This document shows positions 42,103 to 52,079 of a stretch of DNA of 64,000 bases, in pieces; within the stretch, counting starts at the first letter, position 1, and the number at the start of each line of letters is the position of its first letter. The translations under genes and the position numbers were made by a program. The stretch comes from an uncultured Coriobacteriaceae bacterium (GTDB lineage Bacteria > Actinomycetota > Coriobacteriia > Coriobacteriales > UMGS124), in NCBI GenBank assembly GCA_900539345.1, contig UQBS01000005.1:610-64609 (forward strand), given 5' to 3'. The notes below the pieces were generated by a model. The model worked only from the letters and a program-made list of their open reading frames with translations, was not told where the DNA came from and did no database searches.

Positions 42103-43227
42103 CTAGAACCTGCTGCGCTTCAGGAAGTCCGGAATGTCGAACTCAGAAGAGGGGGCCTGCGTCGAAGGAGCGGAGGGACGCGAGGAGCCGCCGGCAGGCG
42201 TGCTGTTGAGGAAGCTGGGGCGACGGTCGGCACCCAGGTCGAGCTTGGACTGACCGGAGGCCTTGGTGTCGCCGCCGAAGCCCGTGGCGATGACGGTGAC
42301 GCGCACGGTGTCGCCCAGGTTCTCGTCGATGACGGTGCCGAAGATGAGGTTGACGTCCTGGCTCACGGCGTCGCTCACGATACCAGCAGCCTCGTTGACC
42401 TCGAAGAGGCCCAGGTTGGAGCCACCGGCGATGGAGAGCAGCACGCGGTCGGCGCCGTCGATGGCGCTCTCGAGCAGCGGGCTGGAGATGGCCTGGTTGG
42501 CAGCGTCGGCGGCGCGGTTGTCGCCCGAGCCAACGCCGATGCCCATCATGGCGGTGCCGGCGTCGCTCATGATGGTGCGCACGTCAGCAAAGTCGAGGTT
42601 GATGAGGCCGGGGACGGTGATGAGGTCGGTGATACCCTGGATGCCCTGACGAAGCACCTCGTCGGCCATGGTGAAGGCATCGAGGAAGGAGACCTTCTTG
42701 TCGGCGACGTCGAGCAGGCGATCGTTGGGGATGGTGATGAGGGTGTCGACGTTGGCGCCGAGCTCCTCGATGCCGCTCAGGGCGTTGCGACGACGGACCG
42801 CACCCTCAAAGGTGAAGGGCTTCGTGACGACACCCACGGTCAGGGCGCCCACGTCGTTGCGGGCGATGTCGGCCACGACAGGAGCAGCGCCCGTACCCGT
42901 GCCGCCACCCTCGCCGGCGGTGACGAAGACCATGTCGGCGCCCTCGAGGGCAGCCTTGATCTGATCGCGAGACTCCTCGGCGGCGTCGCGGCCGACCTCG
43001 GGCTTGGCGCCAGCGCCCAGGCCCTTGGTGAGGTCGGTGCCGATGTGCACCTTCGTCTCGGCGTCGGAGTTGAGGAGAGCCTGGGCGTCGGTGTTGACAG
43101 TCACGAACTCAACACCCTGCACACCGGAGGCAATCATACGGTTCACGGCGTTGCAACCGCCACCGCCCACGCCAACGACCTTGATTACCGCCATATAGTT
43201 GTTGGTGGCGTCGCCCTGTCCGTACAT
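42103..43227 (-). CDS. ftsZ: cell division GTPase FtsZ
   Basis: [41 protein letters not shown], conserved C-terminal peptide [11 protein letters not shown] 43227 is preferred because the GGAGG RBS overlaps the first ATG (43239). Confidence 0.95.
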   Translation of the reverse strand: MYGQGDATNNYMAVIKVVGVGGGGCNAVNRMIASGVQGVEFVTVNTDAQALLNSDAETKVHIGTDLTKGLGAGAKPEVGRDAAEESRDQIKAALEGADMVFVTAGEGGGTGTGAAPVVADIARNDVGALTVGVVTKPFTFEGAVRRRNALSGIEELGANVDTLITIPNDRLLDVADKKVSFLDAFTMADEVLRQGIQGITDLITVPGLINLDFADVRTIMSDAGTAMMGIGVGSGDNRAADAANQAISSPLLESAIDGADRVLLSIAGGSNLGLFEVNEAAGIVSDAVSQDVNLIFGTVIDENLGDTVRVTVIATGFGGDTKASGQSKLDLGADRRPSFLNSTPAGGSSRPSAPSTQAPSSEFDIPDFLKRSRF

Positions 43228-43295
43228 CCTGACCTCCATAGTCTTTGTAAACTGTAATGCTCGACTTTACAGTTAGATAGCTCGCATATCATTTT

Positions 43296-43324
43296 ATAAT
43301 CGCACGCGCACCTTAGACTGTCAA
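43296..43324 (-). promoter_or_regulatory. ftsZ-proximal promoter candidate (TTGACA-N17-GATTAT)
   Basis: Consensus -35 TTGACA (43324-43319) and GATTAT (43301-43296), read on the minus strand in the AT-rich 150-nt ftsQ-ftsZ spacer. An 8-bp inverted repeat AACTGTAA/TTACAGTT lies in the leader (43250-43274). Confidence 0.45.
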
Positions 43325-43377
43325 TGAAGGCCTTGACCTTCTTGACGTTGCCCCAGGTAGCGCACGAGAGAAACACA

Positions 43378-44628
43378 CTAGCCTAAATCAACCCACGTCT
43401 CGTTGCCTGACTCGTCCACCTTATAGTACCCGTGTACGAGGTTGCCATCTTCATAGTAATAGTTAACCCACGTTTCACCATCGGACAAATAGTAGCCTCC
43501 ATTGTACGCCGCATCTGACGGTACGTCGGAGTCGCTCGTTGCCGTGGATCCATCGGTTGCGTCATGGGTGGGAGACGCAGCGGCGGCATCCGTAGTCGCG
43601 TCGCCCGCCTGTGCCTGGTACGGCAGAGCATCGGCCGAGGCGGCCGCGCCGTCTTGGGTGGCAGTGCCCTCCGTAAGGCCGCGGTAAGTGGGATTTGCGG
43701 GCGTACGTACGTTGATATAGCTTATCTGGCCCTGGAACTTGTCAAGGATCCCCAGCACCGTCTGCTCCTTGAGGGCGATGTCGTCCGGAGCGCCCAGCGA
43801 CACCTTGATGCCATTTGAGAGCACAACGGCAATGGACTCCTTGCTCGTGGCGCAGGCGCTCACAATCTGGTCGCGCAAGGCCGACGAGAATCCCTCGATG
43901 TACTGGATGAGACCGAGAAGCCCTGCGTCGGTGCACTTGTCACCCGCCTGCGGAGAAAGCGCTGCGGAAACCTCGCTCACGTACACCACACCGGCCTGGG
44001 CCGCCGCGTCCTTGGCTTGGACGTCATAGGCCTGCACGCCGTTGTCGGCCGTGACGACGGAAAGCTCCACGGGCTCAAGCCATACACCGTCCGTCGAAAG
44101 CTTCCAGGCACTTTGCCCGTTTGAGAGCATGGCGATCGCGGCAACGCTGCGCTCCTCCACCTCGACGGTAAGCGTGTCGGGAAGGTTGCGCGTCAGGCGC
44201 ACCGACTTGATCCAGGGGTTAGCAAGCAGGCGCTTCTCGACGCCGCTCTCGTCGAACCCGAAGAGCGTGGAGCCGGCCGGGATGGCGGCAAGCTCACTCA
44301 CCTGGGCGCTGCTCACCTGCACGGTGGGCATGACGACGATGCGCCTGATCTGGAAGAGAGGCGACCACACGCACACCACGTAGGCAAGAAAGAGCGCGGC
44401 TATCGCGACGATAGAGAGCACGAAGATGCTCTTGCGCCTGTCAAACGACTTGCCTCCCGAGCCGCTCGCACGACCACGCGTGCCGGGGCGAGACGTTTCT
44501 CGCGCAGTTGAAGAGGCGCTACCCCGTTGCGACCGACGAGGTGAGGTGCCCTCTCGAGGGGTTCGGTCGCGCTGTGGCTCACGCGGGGAAGCCGAGGAAC
44601 TTGACCTCGGGTCTGAGTTCGACGCCAT
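43378..44628 (-). CDS. ftsQ: cell division protein FtsQ/DivIB (POTRA) with basic N-terminal and Tyr-rich C-terminal extensions
   Basis: Single TM helix (IFVLSIVAIAALFLAYVV), then a POTRA-like region FQIRRIVVMPTVQVSSAQV...RLLANPWIKSVRLTRNLPDTLTVEVEER. Position between murB and ftsZ. Confidence 0.8.
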   Translation of the reverse strand: MASNSDPRSSSSASPREPQRDRTPREGTSPRRSQRGSASSTARETSRPGTRGRASGSGGKSFDRRKSIFVLSIVAIAALFLAYVVCVWSPLFQIRRIVVMPTVQVSSAQVSELAAIPAGSTLFGFDESGVEKRLLANPWIKSVRLTRNLPDTLTVEVEERSVAAIAMLSNGQSAWKLSTDGVWLEPVELSVVTADNGVQAYDVQAKDAAAQAGVVYVSEVSAALSPQAGDKCTDAGLLGLIQYIEGFSSALRDQIVSACATSKESIAVVLSNGIKVSLGAPDDIALKEQTVLGILDKFQGQISYINVRTPANPTYRGLTEGTATQDGAAASADALPYQAQAGDATTDAAAASPTHDATDGSTATSDSDVPSDAAYNGGYYLSDGETWVNYYYEDGNLVHGYYKVDESGNETWVDLG

Positions 44629-45493
44629 GGCGTTTTCTTACCTCCTCGAGTACATGAATGATGACGCGGGCAACATCGGCCGCCGTGGCGCCACCCAGGT
44701 TGACGATAAAGTTTGCGTGCACGGTCGACACCTCGGCGTTGCCGACCCGGTATCCCTTGAGGCCGCACGCATCGATGAGGCGGGCCGCCTTAAGGTCTGA
44801 AGAGTTGCGGAACACGCTGCCGCATGACGGCAGGTTGAGCGGTTGTGCCGCACGGCGGCGCTGCAGGACCGCCTCCATCGTCTCCTTGACCACGGCGGCA
44901 TCCCCGGGGACAAGTTCAAGCACGACCTCAAGGATGATTTCGGTGCCGGGAAGGTCGGTTGCGCGGTAGTACCACGAGATGTCGCTGCGCGCGTAATGCA
45001 CAAGACCCGTACCAGGGCGGAAGACTACGACCTCCGCAATGACGGAGTCCATCCAATGGTTGGCCGTGCCCGCGTTCATCGAGACGGCGCCGCCCACGGT
45101 GCCGGGAATGCCCACTGCAAACTCCAGCCCCGACAGGCCTTTGTCGAAAGCCTCGGTCACAACGCGCTGCAGCACCGCGCCTGCGCCCACATGCATTCGC
45201 CCCGTCTCGTCGACGGTAAAACGGCGAAAGTCGCGGCCAAGCACGAGGACGGCGCCCTGATAGCCCTCGTCGCTCACGAGCACGTTGGACCCGCGGCCCA
45301 TGATGACCCACGGCACGCGTTCCTGGCCCAATATCTCGACCGCTTGACGGACGTCGGCATAGTCGTCGCAGGTCACGAACAGTGCCGCCGGGCCACCGAT
45401 GCGGTAGCTCGTATGGCGGCTCATACGCTCGTTGGCGGTGACGGTGCCGTGCAGACACCCCTCGAGACGTTCTAGTGCTTCGAGAAGACCCAC
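44579..45493 (-). CDS. murB: UDP-N-acetylenolpyruvoylglucosamine reductase
   Basis: HTSYRIGGPAALFV, ILGRGSNVLVSDEG, PSCGSVFRN. GTG 45493 follows GGGGGAG by 4 nt. The 3' end overlaps ftsQ by 50 nt. Confidence 0.9.
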   Translation of the reverse strand: MGLLEALERLEGCLHGTVTANERMSRHTSYRIGGPAALFVTCDDYADVRQAVEILGQERVPWVIMGRGSNVLVSDEGYQGAVLVLGRDFRRFTVDETGRMHVGAGAVLQRVVTEAFDKGLSGLEFAVGIPGTVGGAVSMNAGTANHWMDSVIAEVVVFRPGTGLVHYARSDISWYYRATDLPGTEIILEVVLELVPGDAAVVKETMEAVLQRRRAAQPLNLPSCGSVFRNSSDLKAARLIDACGLKGYRVGNAEVSTVHANFIVNLGGATAADVARVIIHVLEEVRKRHGVELRPEVKFLGFPA

Positions 45494-45610
45494 GGCACTC
45501 CCCCACCTAGACTCGACGACGATACAACAAGCGACCCTTCGCAGAGCGCGCAAGACAACGCGGCCTCAGCCACGCGGCCCTGCACGCCCCGACATGCGTG
45601 AATGCGAGAA

Positions 45611-47008
45611 CTACCTCGCCTTGAGACCCTCGACGATGGCCGGGCCCAGCAGCGTGACGTCGCCGGCGCCCATCGTGATGATGAGGTCGCCGGGACGGGC
45701 GGTCTTCACCATGTGGTCGACGACGGTGTGACGGTCGGGCATATAGCTCGCCTGGGCATCGGGGCGATGCGCGAGCACGGCGTTGCAGACCGTCTTGCCC
45801 GAGACGCCAGGAATGGGCACCTCACCAGCAGCGAACACATTGAGGACCACGAGCTCGTCGGCATTGTCGAACGCAGGGCCAAACTCGGCGGCCAGCGACT
45901 CGGTGCGCGAATAGCGGTGTGGCTGGAACGCGACACGCACGCGCTTGAAGCCAAGGCCCTTGGCTGCGGCAAGCGTGGCCGCGATCTCGGTGGGATGGTG
46001 GCCGTAGTCGTCGATGACGCGCACGCCGTCCACCTCGCCCACAAGCTCGAAGCGGCGGTGTACACCAGCAAAGCTCGAGATGGCCTGGGCGGCCACGTCG
46101 CAGGGCAAGCCAAGCACATAGGCAAGTGTCAACACGGCAGTGGCGTTGAGGCAGTTGTGCAGGCCGGGGTTGTGGTCGAGATGCAGGCTGTACTCGTGGC
46201 CGTCGGGCAGGCGCACGGAGAAGGCGTTGACACCCTCGCCCTCTTTGGGCGTGCAGACGACATCGTTGCCCTCGCCGAAGCCATAGGTGAGAACGGGGCG
46301 GCCGCAGGAGCGGGCCAGCTCGGGCACATGGGGGTTCTCGCCACACACGATGACATGGCCGTCCTCGGGGACGGAGCCCATGAACTGCACGAACGTCTTC
46401 TCGATAGCCTCAAGCGAGCCATAGTGGTCGAGGTGGTCGGCCTCGATGTTAGTGACAATGACGACGTTGGGGTCGAGGTTCAAGAACGACCCGTCGCTCT
46501 CGTCGGCCTCGGCGACGAAGTAGGGGCCCTCGCCGGAGTTGCCGTTCGTCTCGTAACCGTCGATGATGCCGCCGATGAGGAACGTCGGCTTGAGGTTCAT
46601 GCGCTCGAGCATCGTGGCAGCCAGCGACGAGGTCGTGGTCTTGCCATGGGTGCCGGCGCAGGCAATCGTGATGGCGTCGCCCGACAAAAACGACAGCATC
46701 TTGGCGCGGTGCCACACCTCAATACCCAGCTCGCGGGCACGCACAAGCTCGGGGTTGGACTGGGGGATGGCCGTGGAGATGACCACGACATCGGGCTTGA
46801 CCTCGTCGATGGTGCGGGCATGGTGGCCCACGAAGACTTCGATTCCCTCCTTGACCAGGGCGCGGGTGTACTTCGAGGCCTTCAGGTCGCTACCGGTAAC
46901 ATGGAAGCCACGCTGATGCAGCACCAGTGCGATACCGGACATGCCGGCGCCGCCGATACCAATGAAATGGACGCGCTCAAAGGGGCGAGCGTTGGTTTCT
47001 TGAGCCAT
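45611..47008 (-). CDS. murC: UDP-N-acetylmuramate--L-alanine ligase
   Basis: VHFIGIGGAGMSGIA, GTHGKTTTSS, DDYGHHPTEI. ATG 47008 with a GAAGGAAGG RBS. Confidence 0.95.
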   Translation of the reverse strand: MAQETNARPFERVHFIGIGGAGMSGIALVLHQRGFHVTGSDLKASKYTRALVKEGIEVFVGHHARTIDEVKPDVVVISTAIPQSNPELVRARELGIEVWHRAKMLSFLSGDAITIACAGTHGKTTTSSLAATMLERMNLKPTFLIGGIIDGYETNGNSGEGPYFVAEADESDGSFLNLDPNVVIVTNIEADHLDHYGSLEAIEKTFVQFMGSVPEDGHVIVCGENPHVPELARSCGRPVLTYGFGEGNDVVCTPKEGEGVNAFSVRLPDGHEYSLHLDHNPGLHNCLNATAVLTLAYVLGLPCDVAAQAISSFAGVHRRFELVGEVDGVRVIDDYGHHPTEIAATLAAAKGLGFKRVRVAFQPHRYSRTESLAAEFGPAFDNADELVVLNVFAAGEVPIPGVSGKTVCNAVLAHRPDAQASYMPDRHTVVDHMVKTARPGDLIITMGAGDVTLLGPAIVEGLKAR

Positions 47009-47105
47009 GATGTCAGACCTTCCTTCGTACTTCCTCATGCGGGAAGCGATATAGGCAATCCGCCCTATTCTAGCCGCGTTGCACCTGCGGGCACAACGAG
47101 CAGGA

Positions 47106-48218
47106 CTAACGTGCGACAGCTTCTACAGCATCTGCCAAACGTGCCGTGGCACCCGAGTAGCCAAGCGCCTCGACGTGGGAGCGCATAGCCGCAAGACGCG
47201 CGGCGTCGTCAAGCAGCGCCAGGAAGTTGCCCGCAAACTCGGGGGCATCGAGCGCGTCGTCTTCCACGACAACCGCACCGTCGACATCGCTGAGCAGAAG
47301 CGCGTTCTGGGCCTGGTGGTTCTCCGTGGCATACGGATACGGAACCAGCACCGAAGGCACGCCGCGTGCGGCAATCTCGGCGATGGAAGAGGCACCGGCG
47401 CGCGAGAACACCAGGTCGGCGGCGGCAAGGCACGAACCCATGTCGTCGATGTAGGGCATGAGGCGCCAGCGGGCGGCCTCAGCGTCGGTAAGCGCAAGGG
47501 TCTGTTTGGCTTGCTCGTAGTCGCGCTTGCCAGCCGCATGGATGACATAGACGTCAGTGCGCCCAAGCAGTTCGGACTTGAGGGCGGCGGCGGCCTGGTT
47601 GAGATGTGCAGCACCCAGGCTTCCGCCAAACACAAGCAGCACGCGCGCCTGGGCGGGAATGCCCAATGCGGCACGACCCTCCTCGCGGGTGGGTGCCAGC
47701 ACGGATGCCCTCACCGGGTTGCCTACGACCTCGACGCGCGTTGCGGCGCCAAGTTTGCCTTTGAACTTTGCCTGAGAGACGGGATAGGTAAGGGCGAGCA
47801 CGGCAGCGTCCTTGGCAAGCGCCTTGTTGGCCATGCCAGGCACGGAATTCTGCTCATGGAGCGCCAGCGGAACCCCGGCCTTTGCGGCAGCCGCGGCAAG
47901 AGGGAAGCACACGTACGCCCCGAAGCCCACAGCTGCGGCAGGCTTGCCGTCGCGCGCGAACTCGGCGAGCAGAGCCTTGCGGGCGCGTTGCATCTTGATC
48001 AGGGCCGTGATGGCCGTCCAGGGGCGCGACCGGTCGAAACCGCTGACGTCGAGGCCCTCGAACGAGAAACCCTCCTGCGGCACAAGCGTGGCCTCCATGC
48101 CCTTCTTCGTGCCGTAAAAACGCACCTCATGGCCGCGGTTGCGCAACTCATGGGCAAGTGCCAACGCCGGGTTGATATGACCGGCGGTGCCGCCAGCTGC
48201 AATGGCAAACACGCTCAT
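47106..48218 (-). CDS. murG: undecaprenyldiphospho-muramoylpentapeptide beta-N-acetylglucosaminyltransferase
   Basis: AAGGTAGHINPALA, LLVFGGSLGA, SRAGASSIAEI, QAQNA. Confidence 0.95.
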   Translation of the reverse strand: MSVFAIAAGGTAGHINPALALAHELRNRGHEVRFYGTKKGMEATLVPQEGFSFEGLDVSGFDRSRPWTAITALIKMQRARKALLAEFARDGKPAAAVGFGAYVCFPLAAAAAKAGVPLALHEQNSVPGMANKALAKDAAVLALTYPVSQAKFKGKLGAATRVEVVGNPVRASVLAPTREEGRAALGIPAQARVLLVFGGSLGAAHLNQAAAALKSELLGRTDVYVIHAAGKRDYEQAKQTLALTDAEAARWRLMPYIDDMGSCLAAADLVFSRAGASSIAEIAARGVPSVLVPYPYATENHQAQNALLLSDVDGAVVVEDDALDAPEFAGNFLALLDDAARLAAMRSHVEALGYSGATARLADAVEAVAR

Positions 48219-49627
48219 CGTCTGCTTCCCTCCTGGCGCCTAGACCGCTCGGCGGCCTCAGGCCCCTGTGACTGTCTTGCCTGTTCCCGTGCGTCATAAT
48301 CCCCTTGGTTGCGACTGGTGTCAGGGCGCGTACGCACAACCTCGCCGGGCACGCGCAGGGCGGGCCTGGCCGGCGCCATGTCTTCCTGATATGGGCGACC
48401 GCCCTCAACAACCGACATGCGTTGCTTGGCACGAGCGCGCCTGCGCTCGCGACCCTCGCGCACGTCGCGCGCGTTGTCTTGCGCCACACCCGCAATGAGA
48501 CCCGCCATAATGAGACAGGCAAGAACGGATGAGCCACCAGCCGTGATGAAGGGAAGCGGCCTGCCCGTCAGCGGCAAGATGCCCGTAACGCCCGCCATGT
48601 TGAGAAACGCCTGGAACTCGACGAGCACCGTAAGCGAGGCAGCCAGCAGGCTCGCCGAAAGGTCGCCGCGCTTGCGAGCATCAAACGCGATGCGCAAACC
48701 GCAATACGCAAAGAACACGAACAGCCCGATGAGCACCATGCAGCCCAAGAACCCCAGCTCCTCGCCGATGATGGCGAAGATGTAGTCGTTCTCGGCCTCG
48801 GGTAGGTAAGCGTACTTCTGACGCGACTCGCCCAGGCCCATCCCAAAGAAGCCTCCCGAGGCAAGCGCGCGGAAGCCATGAATCGACTGCCAGCCGTTTC
48901 CGTAATAGTCCGACTCAGGATCGAGCCAAATGGAGAAGCGCGCAGAGCGGTAGCTTGCAATGGAGATGGCCGCAACGACAAACAGGAGGGCCACAATGGC
49001 GGCTCCCACAAGATAACGGGGCTTGACGCCAGCCAGATACAGCATGGCAAACAGAGCCACACCGATGATGATGATCGTGCCGAGGTCCTTCTCGGCAAAA
49101 ATCAGGCCGAAGGGGACAACGACAGGCAGCAGCAAGCGTATGGCACAAACGGACGGGCGCATATCGCCCTGGGCACAGCGTCCCACGTAATGCGCGCACG
49201 CCATGACGATGGTGATCTTTGCGAACTCAGAGGGCTGTAGCGTGAAATTGCCGATAGGCAGCCAACGCGTGGCACCGTTTGTGTTCTTGCCCGCCACAAG
49301 CACTAGGATGAGAAGCACGATGGCGAGGGCCGAGAGTCCCACAAGCCACTTGAACTGCATGAACCGGTTTGCGCCCGCATGCCTCAGGACACAGAATGCG
49401 ACCGTTCCCAATGCCATGTAAATGGCCTGCATCTTGAAGGTATGGTAACTGTCGCCACCCGCCATCACCAGCTCGATGGAGGAAGCCGAGAACACCATCG
49501 TGAGACCGAAAACACACAGAAGCACCGTGGCGACCTCGAGCAAAAAGAGAGGCGACGTCAGGTGGCCAATGGTCCAAAACGCACCGGCGTTAACCCTGTG
49601 CGACACCTTGGCGCGTGCCTCACTCAT
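48215..49627 (-). CDS. ftsW: SEDS-family peptidoglycan polymerase FtsW
   Basis: Polytopic. LQPSEFAKI, GNGWQS..., EAENDYIFAIIGEELG, PLPFITAGGSS. ATG 49627 overlaps the murD stop by 8 nt. Basic C-terminal tail. Confidence 0.9.
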   Translation of the reverse strand: MSEARAKVSHRVNAGAFWTIGHLTSPLFLLEVATVLLCVFGLTMVFSASSIELVMAGGDSYHTFKMQAIYMALGTVAFCVLRHAGANRFMQFKWLVGLSALAIVLLILVLVAGKNTNGATRWLPIGNFTLQPSEFAKITIVMACAHYVGRCAQGDMRPSVCAIRLLLPVVVPFGLIFAEKDLGTIIIIGVALFAMLYLAGVKPRYLVGAAIVALLFVVAAISIASYRSARFSIWLDPESDYYGNGWQSIHGFRALASGGFFGMGLGESRQKYAYLPEAENDYIFAIIGEELGFLGCMVLIGLFVFFAYCGLRIAFDARKRGDLSASLLAASLTVLVEFQAFLNMAGVTGILPLTGRPLPFITAGGSSVLACLIMAGLIAGVAQDNARDVREGRERRRARAKQRMSVVEGGRPYQEDMAPARPALRVPGEVVRTRPDTSRNQGDYDAREQARQSQGPEAAERSRRQEGSRR

Positions 49628-51044
49628 GCGCAGCCTCGCACACAGCCTCGTTGGCGACAAGGGCAGCCACCCAGCCCTGGAACACCTCACCGCGCTGCAC
49701 ATAGCCCGTGAACTCGTCAAACGACGAGCATGCCGGCGAAAGCAGAACCACGTCGCCAGACACGGCAAGCTCGCATGCAGCCTCGAAGGCGTCGCGCATC
49801 TTAGGAACAAGACGCAGCTCGCAGCCAGGATGGGCCAACACCGCCTCTTCAAGCGCGCGATGGATGCGCTGGCCGGCCTCGCCGTAGCACACGGCCGCCT
49901 TGCAGTTCGCGACTACCGTTGAGGCGAGCTCAGACAAATCGGTGCCCTTGTCGTGACCGCCCAGCAGCACGACGGCACGGCCCGACTCGAACGACTTGAC
50001 AGCCTTGATGGTGGCATCGACGTTTGTGCCCTTGGAGTCGTCGAAGAACTCGACGCCACGCACCTGCCCACAGGGCTCGATGCGATGCGCCAGGGGCGCG
50101 AAGTCGCGCAGACCCTGGGCGACAGCAGCCTCCTCGGCGCCGAGCTCAAGGGCGCATGCCGCTGCTGCCAGGGCGTTCTGCACATTGTGGGGACCCTTGA
50201 TGCGCATGTCGCCGACACCGCAGAGCACATGGTCGCGCCCAGAGAGGCGCACGACGAGCTGGCCCTGGGCATCGACCCAGGCAGCGTCGGTCTCGTCGGC
50301 AAGCGGCTCGCGCCCCAGCACGGCAACGCGCACGCCACGGGCACACAGGCGCTCCCCTACCGCCTGGCACGTCTCGTCGTCGCCGAGCACGGCGAGGTCG
50401 TCGCCAGCCATGTTGGCGAAAAGCTTCTCCTTGGCCTGGGCGTAGGCCTCAAGGCTGCCGTGCCACTCCACATGGTCAGGCGTGACATTGAGCAGCACGC
50501 CCACATGCGGGGCAAACTGCTTGGAACTCTCAAGCTGGAAGCTAGACAGCTCAGCGACAAACACCTCGTCGGCAGCGCGGTCTTCCACGCAGGCAATAGG
50601 CGGCAGGCCGATGTTGCCCACCGTGCGGGCAGCCATGCCGGCGGCGCGCAAAAGCTCGCAGGCAAGCGTCGTCGTTGTCGTCTTGCCGTTCGTGCCCGTG
50701 ATGCCCACCCAATGCTGCGGGCTCACACGCCAGGCCAGCTCGGGCTCGCTGATGAGCTCGGCGCAGTGCGCAAGGCCCGAACGGTAGAAACCGCCCGTGC
50801 AAGGAATGCCGGGGCTCACAACGCCCAGGTCGAAGTCACAGGGCAGCTCCTCGGAGCCAACCTCAATGCGCACGCCCATCTCCTCGAGCTCGCGCGCCTT
50901 GACCTTCTGGGCCTCGCTCAGCGAGGGCACCACAAGCGTGACCGAGTCGACATGACTCGGATTGTGTGCGGCGAGATAGCGTGCGGCAGCCTCGGTGGAA
51001 GCGCCGAGGCCGAGCAAGACGATATTGCCTGTAGGTTCAAACAT
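49620..51044 (-). CDS. murD: UDP-N-acetylmuramoylalanine--D-glutamate ligase
   Basis: GITGTNGKTTTTT, NVTPDHVEWHGS, FFDDSKGTN. Confidence 0.95.
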   Translation of the reverse strand: MFEPTGNIVLLGLGASTEAAARYLAAHNPSHVDSVTLVVPSLSEAQKVKARELEEMGVRIEVGSEELPCDFDLGVVSPGIPCTGGFYRSGLAHCAELISEPELAWRVSPQHWVGITGTNGKTTTTTLACELLRAAGMAARTVGNIGLPPIACVEDRAADEVFVAELSSFQLESSKQFAPHVGVLLNVTPDHVEWHGSLEAYAQAKEKLFANMAGDDLAVLGDDETCQAVGERLCARGVRVAVLGREPLADETDAAWVDAQGQLVVRLSGRDHVLCGVGDMRIKGPHNVQNALAAAACALELGAEEAAVAQGLRDFAPLAHRIEPCGQVRGVEFFDDSKGTNVDATIKAVKSFESGRAVVLLGGHDKGTDLSELASTVVANCKAAVCYGEAGQRIHRALEEAVLAHPGCELRLVPKMRDAFEAACELAVSGDVVLLSPACSSFDEFTGYVQRGEVFQGWVAALVANEAVCEAAHE

Positions 51045-51056
51045 GGGAGGATCCCC

Positions 51057-52079
51057 TTACCCGATGGTCTGGAAGTACAGCGCAAATCCCAGCGCGGCGC
51101 ATGCGGCGCTGATGATCCAGAACCTCGTGACGACTTTCGTCTCCGCCCAACCCTTTTTCTCAAAGTGATGGTGCAGAGGCGCCATGAGAAACACGCGCTT
51201 GTGGGTGAGCTTGAAGCTTGCCACCTGGATGATGACGCTCATGACCTCGACGATAAAGATGCCGCCGATCACAATGGAAGCAACCTCGCTCTTGGTAAGT
51301 ACCGCAATGGCGGCGAAGGCCGTGCCCAGGGCGAGAGAACCGGTGTCGCCCATGAAGATGGACGCCGGATAGCAGTTGAACCACAGAAAGCCGATGCACG
51401 CGCCCACGCACGCAAAGGCGAAAACCGACAGGCCGAGGTTGCCCTGGGCAAACGCCACCATGCCCATGACGCCCAAGGTCACTGCCGAGCAGCCGCCGCA
51501 CAGACCGTCAAGGCCGTCGTTGAGGTTGACGGCGTTGGAGAAGCCCGCCATAAGCAGGTAGACGAACACGAGGTATAACCAAGGCACCTGCACACCGGCA
51601 ATCGTGGTGGTAAGAACGCCCAAATCGATGTTGGCCAGGCCGAAGAGGCTCACGACCGGCGACACGCCGGCCACGTTGACAGCCGCAAGCGTGAAGATGA
51701 TGACGATAAGCGCCTGGCCGATAAGCTTGGCGGAAGGTGTGAGGCCAAGCGAGCGCTTGTGGGCCACTGACTCGAAGTCGTCAGCGAAGCCCAGAAGGCC
51801 GGTGAGGACGGTTGCGAGCATCGCGAGCGCAAGCGGGGCGTTCATCGGGGCCAGCACGAGCGTCGCCACGATGACGGCAGTGAGGATGACGACGCCGCCC
51901 ATGGTGGGCGTGCCCTGCTTCTGCAGGTGGCGCTGCGGACCATCGGCCCTAATCTGCTGGCCAATCTTGTTGCGACGCAACAGCTTGATCCAGCCGGGCA
52001 TGAGAACGCACACAATCGCCGCCGCCACAAAGATCGCGACGAAAATTACGTAGCTCGGGTAGTTAGATGCTATGCCCAT
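51057..52079 (-). CDS. mraY: phospho-N-acetylmuramoyl-pentapeptide transferase
   Basis: KQGTPTMGG, NAVNLNDGLDGL, FMGDTGSLALG, PLHHHFE. Confidence 0.95.
   Translation of the reverse strand: MGIASNYPSYVIFVAIFVAAAIVCVLMPGWIKLLRRNKIGQQIRADGPQRHLQKQGTPTMGGVVILTAVIVATLVLAPMNAPLALAMLATVLTGLLGFADDFESVAHKRSLGLTPSAKLIGQALIVIIFTLAAVNVAGVSPVVSLFGLANIDLGVLTTTIAGVQVPWLYLVFVYLLMAGFSNAVNLNDGLDGLCGGCSAVTLGVMGMVAFAQGNLGLSVFAFACVGACIGFLWFNCYPASIFMGDTGSLALGTAFAAIAVLTKSEVASIVIGGIFIVEVMSVIIQVASFKLTHKRVFLMAPLHHHFEKKGWAETKVVTRFWIISAACAALGFALYFQTIG

Noticed and set aside
49628-49852. 75-codon N-terminal extension of ftsW overlapping murD. Similar upstream extensions occur for guaA, ychF, murC, galE, the lipoprotein, the 19948 flavoprotein, rsmI and the cytochrome.
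   Set aside because: In each case an internal start with an RBS coincides with the beginning of homology, and the extension overlaps the upstream gene or has arbitrary composition. Shortened coordinates are used in the feature list.
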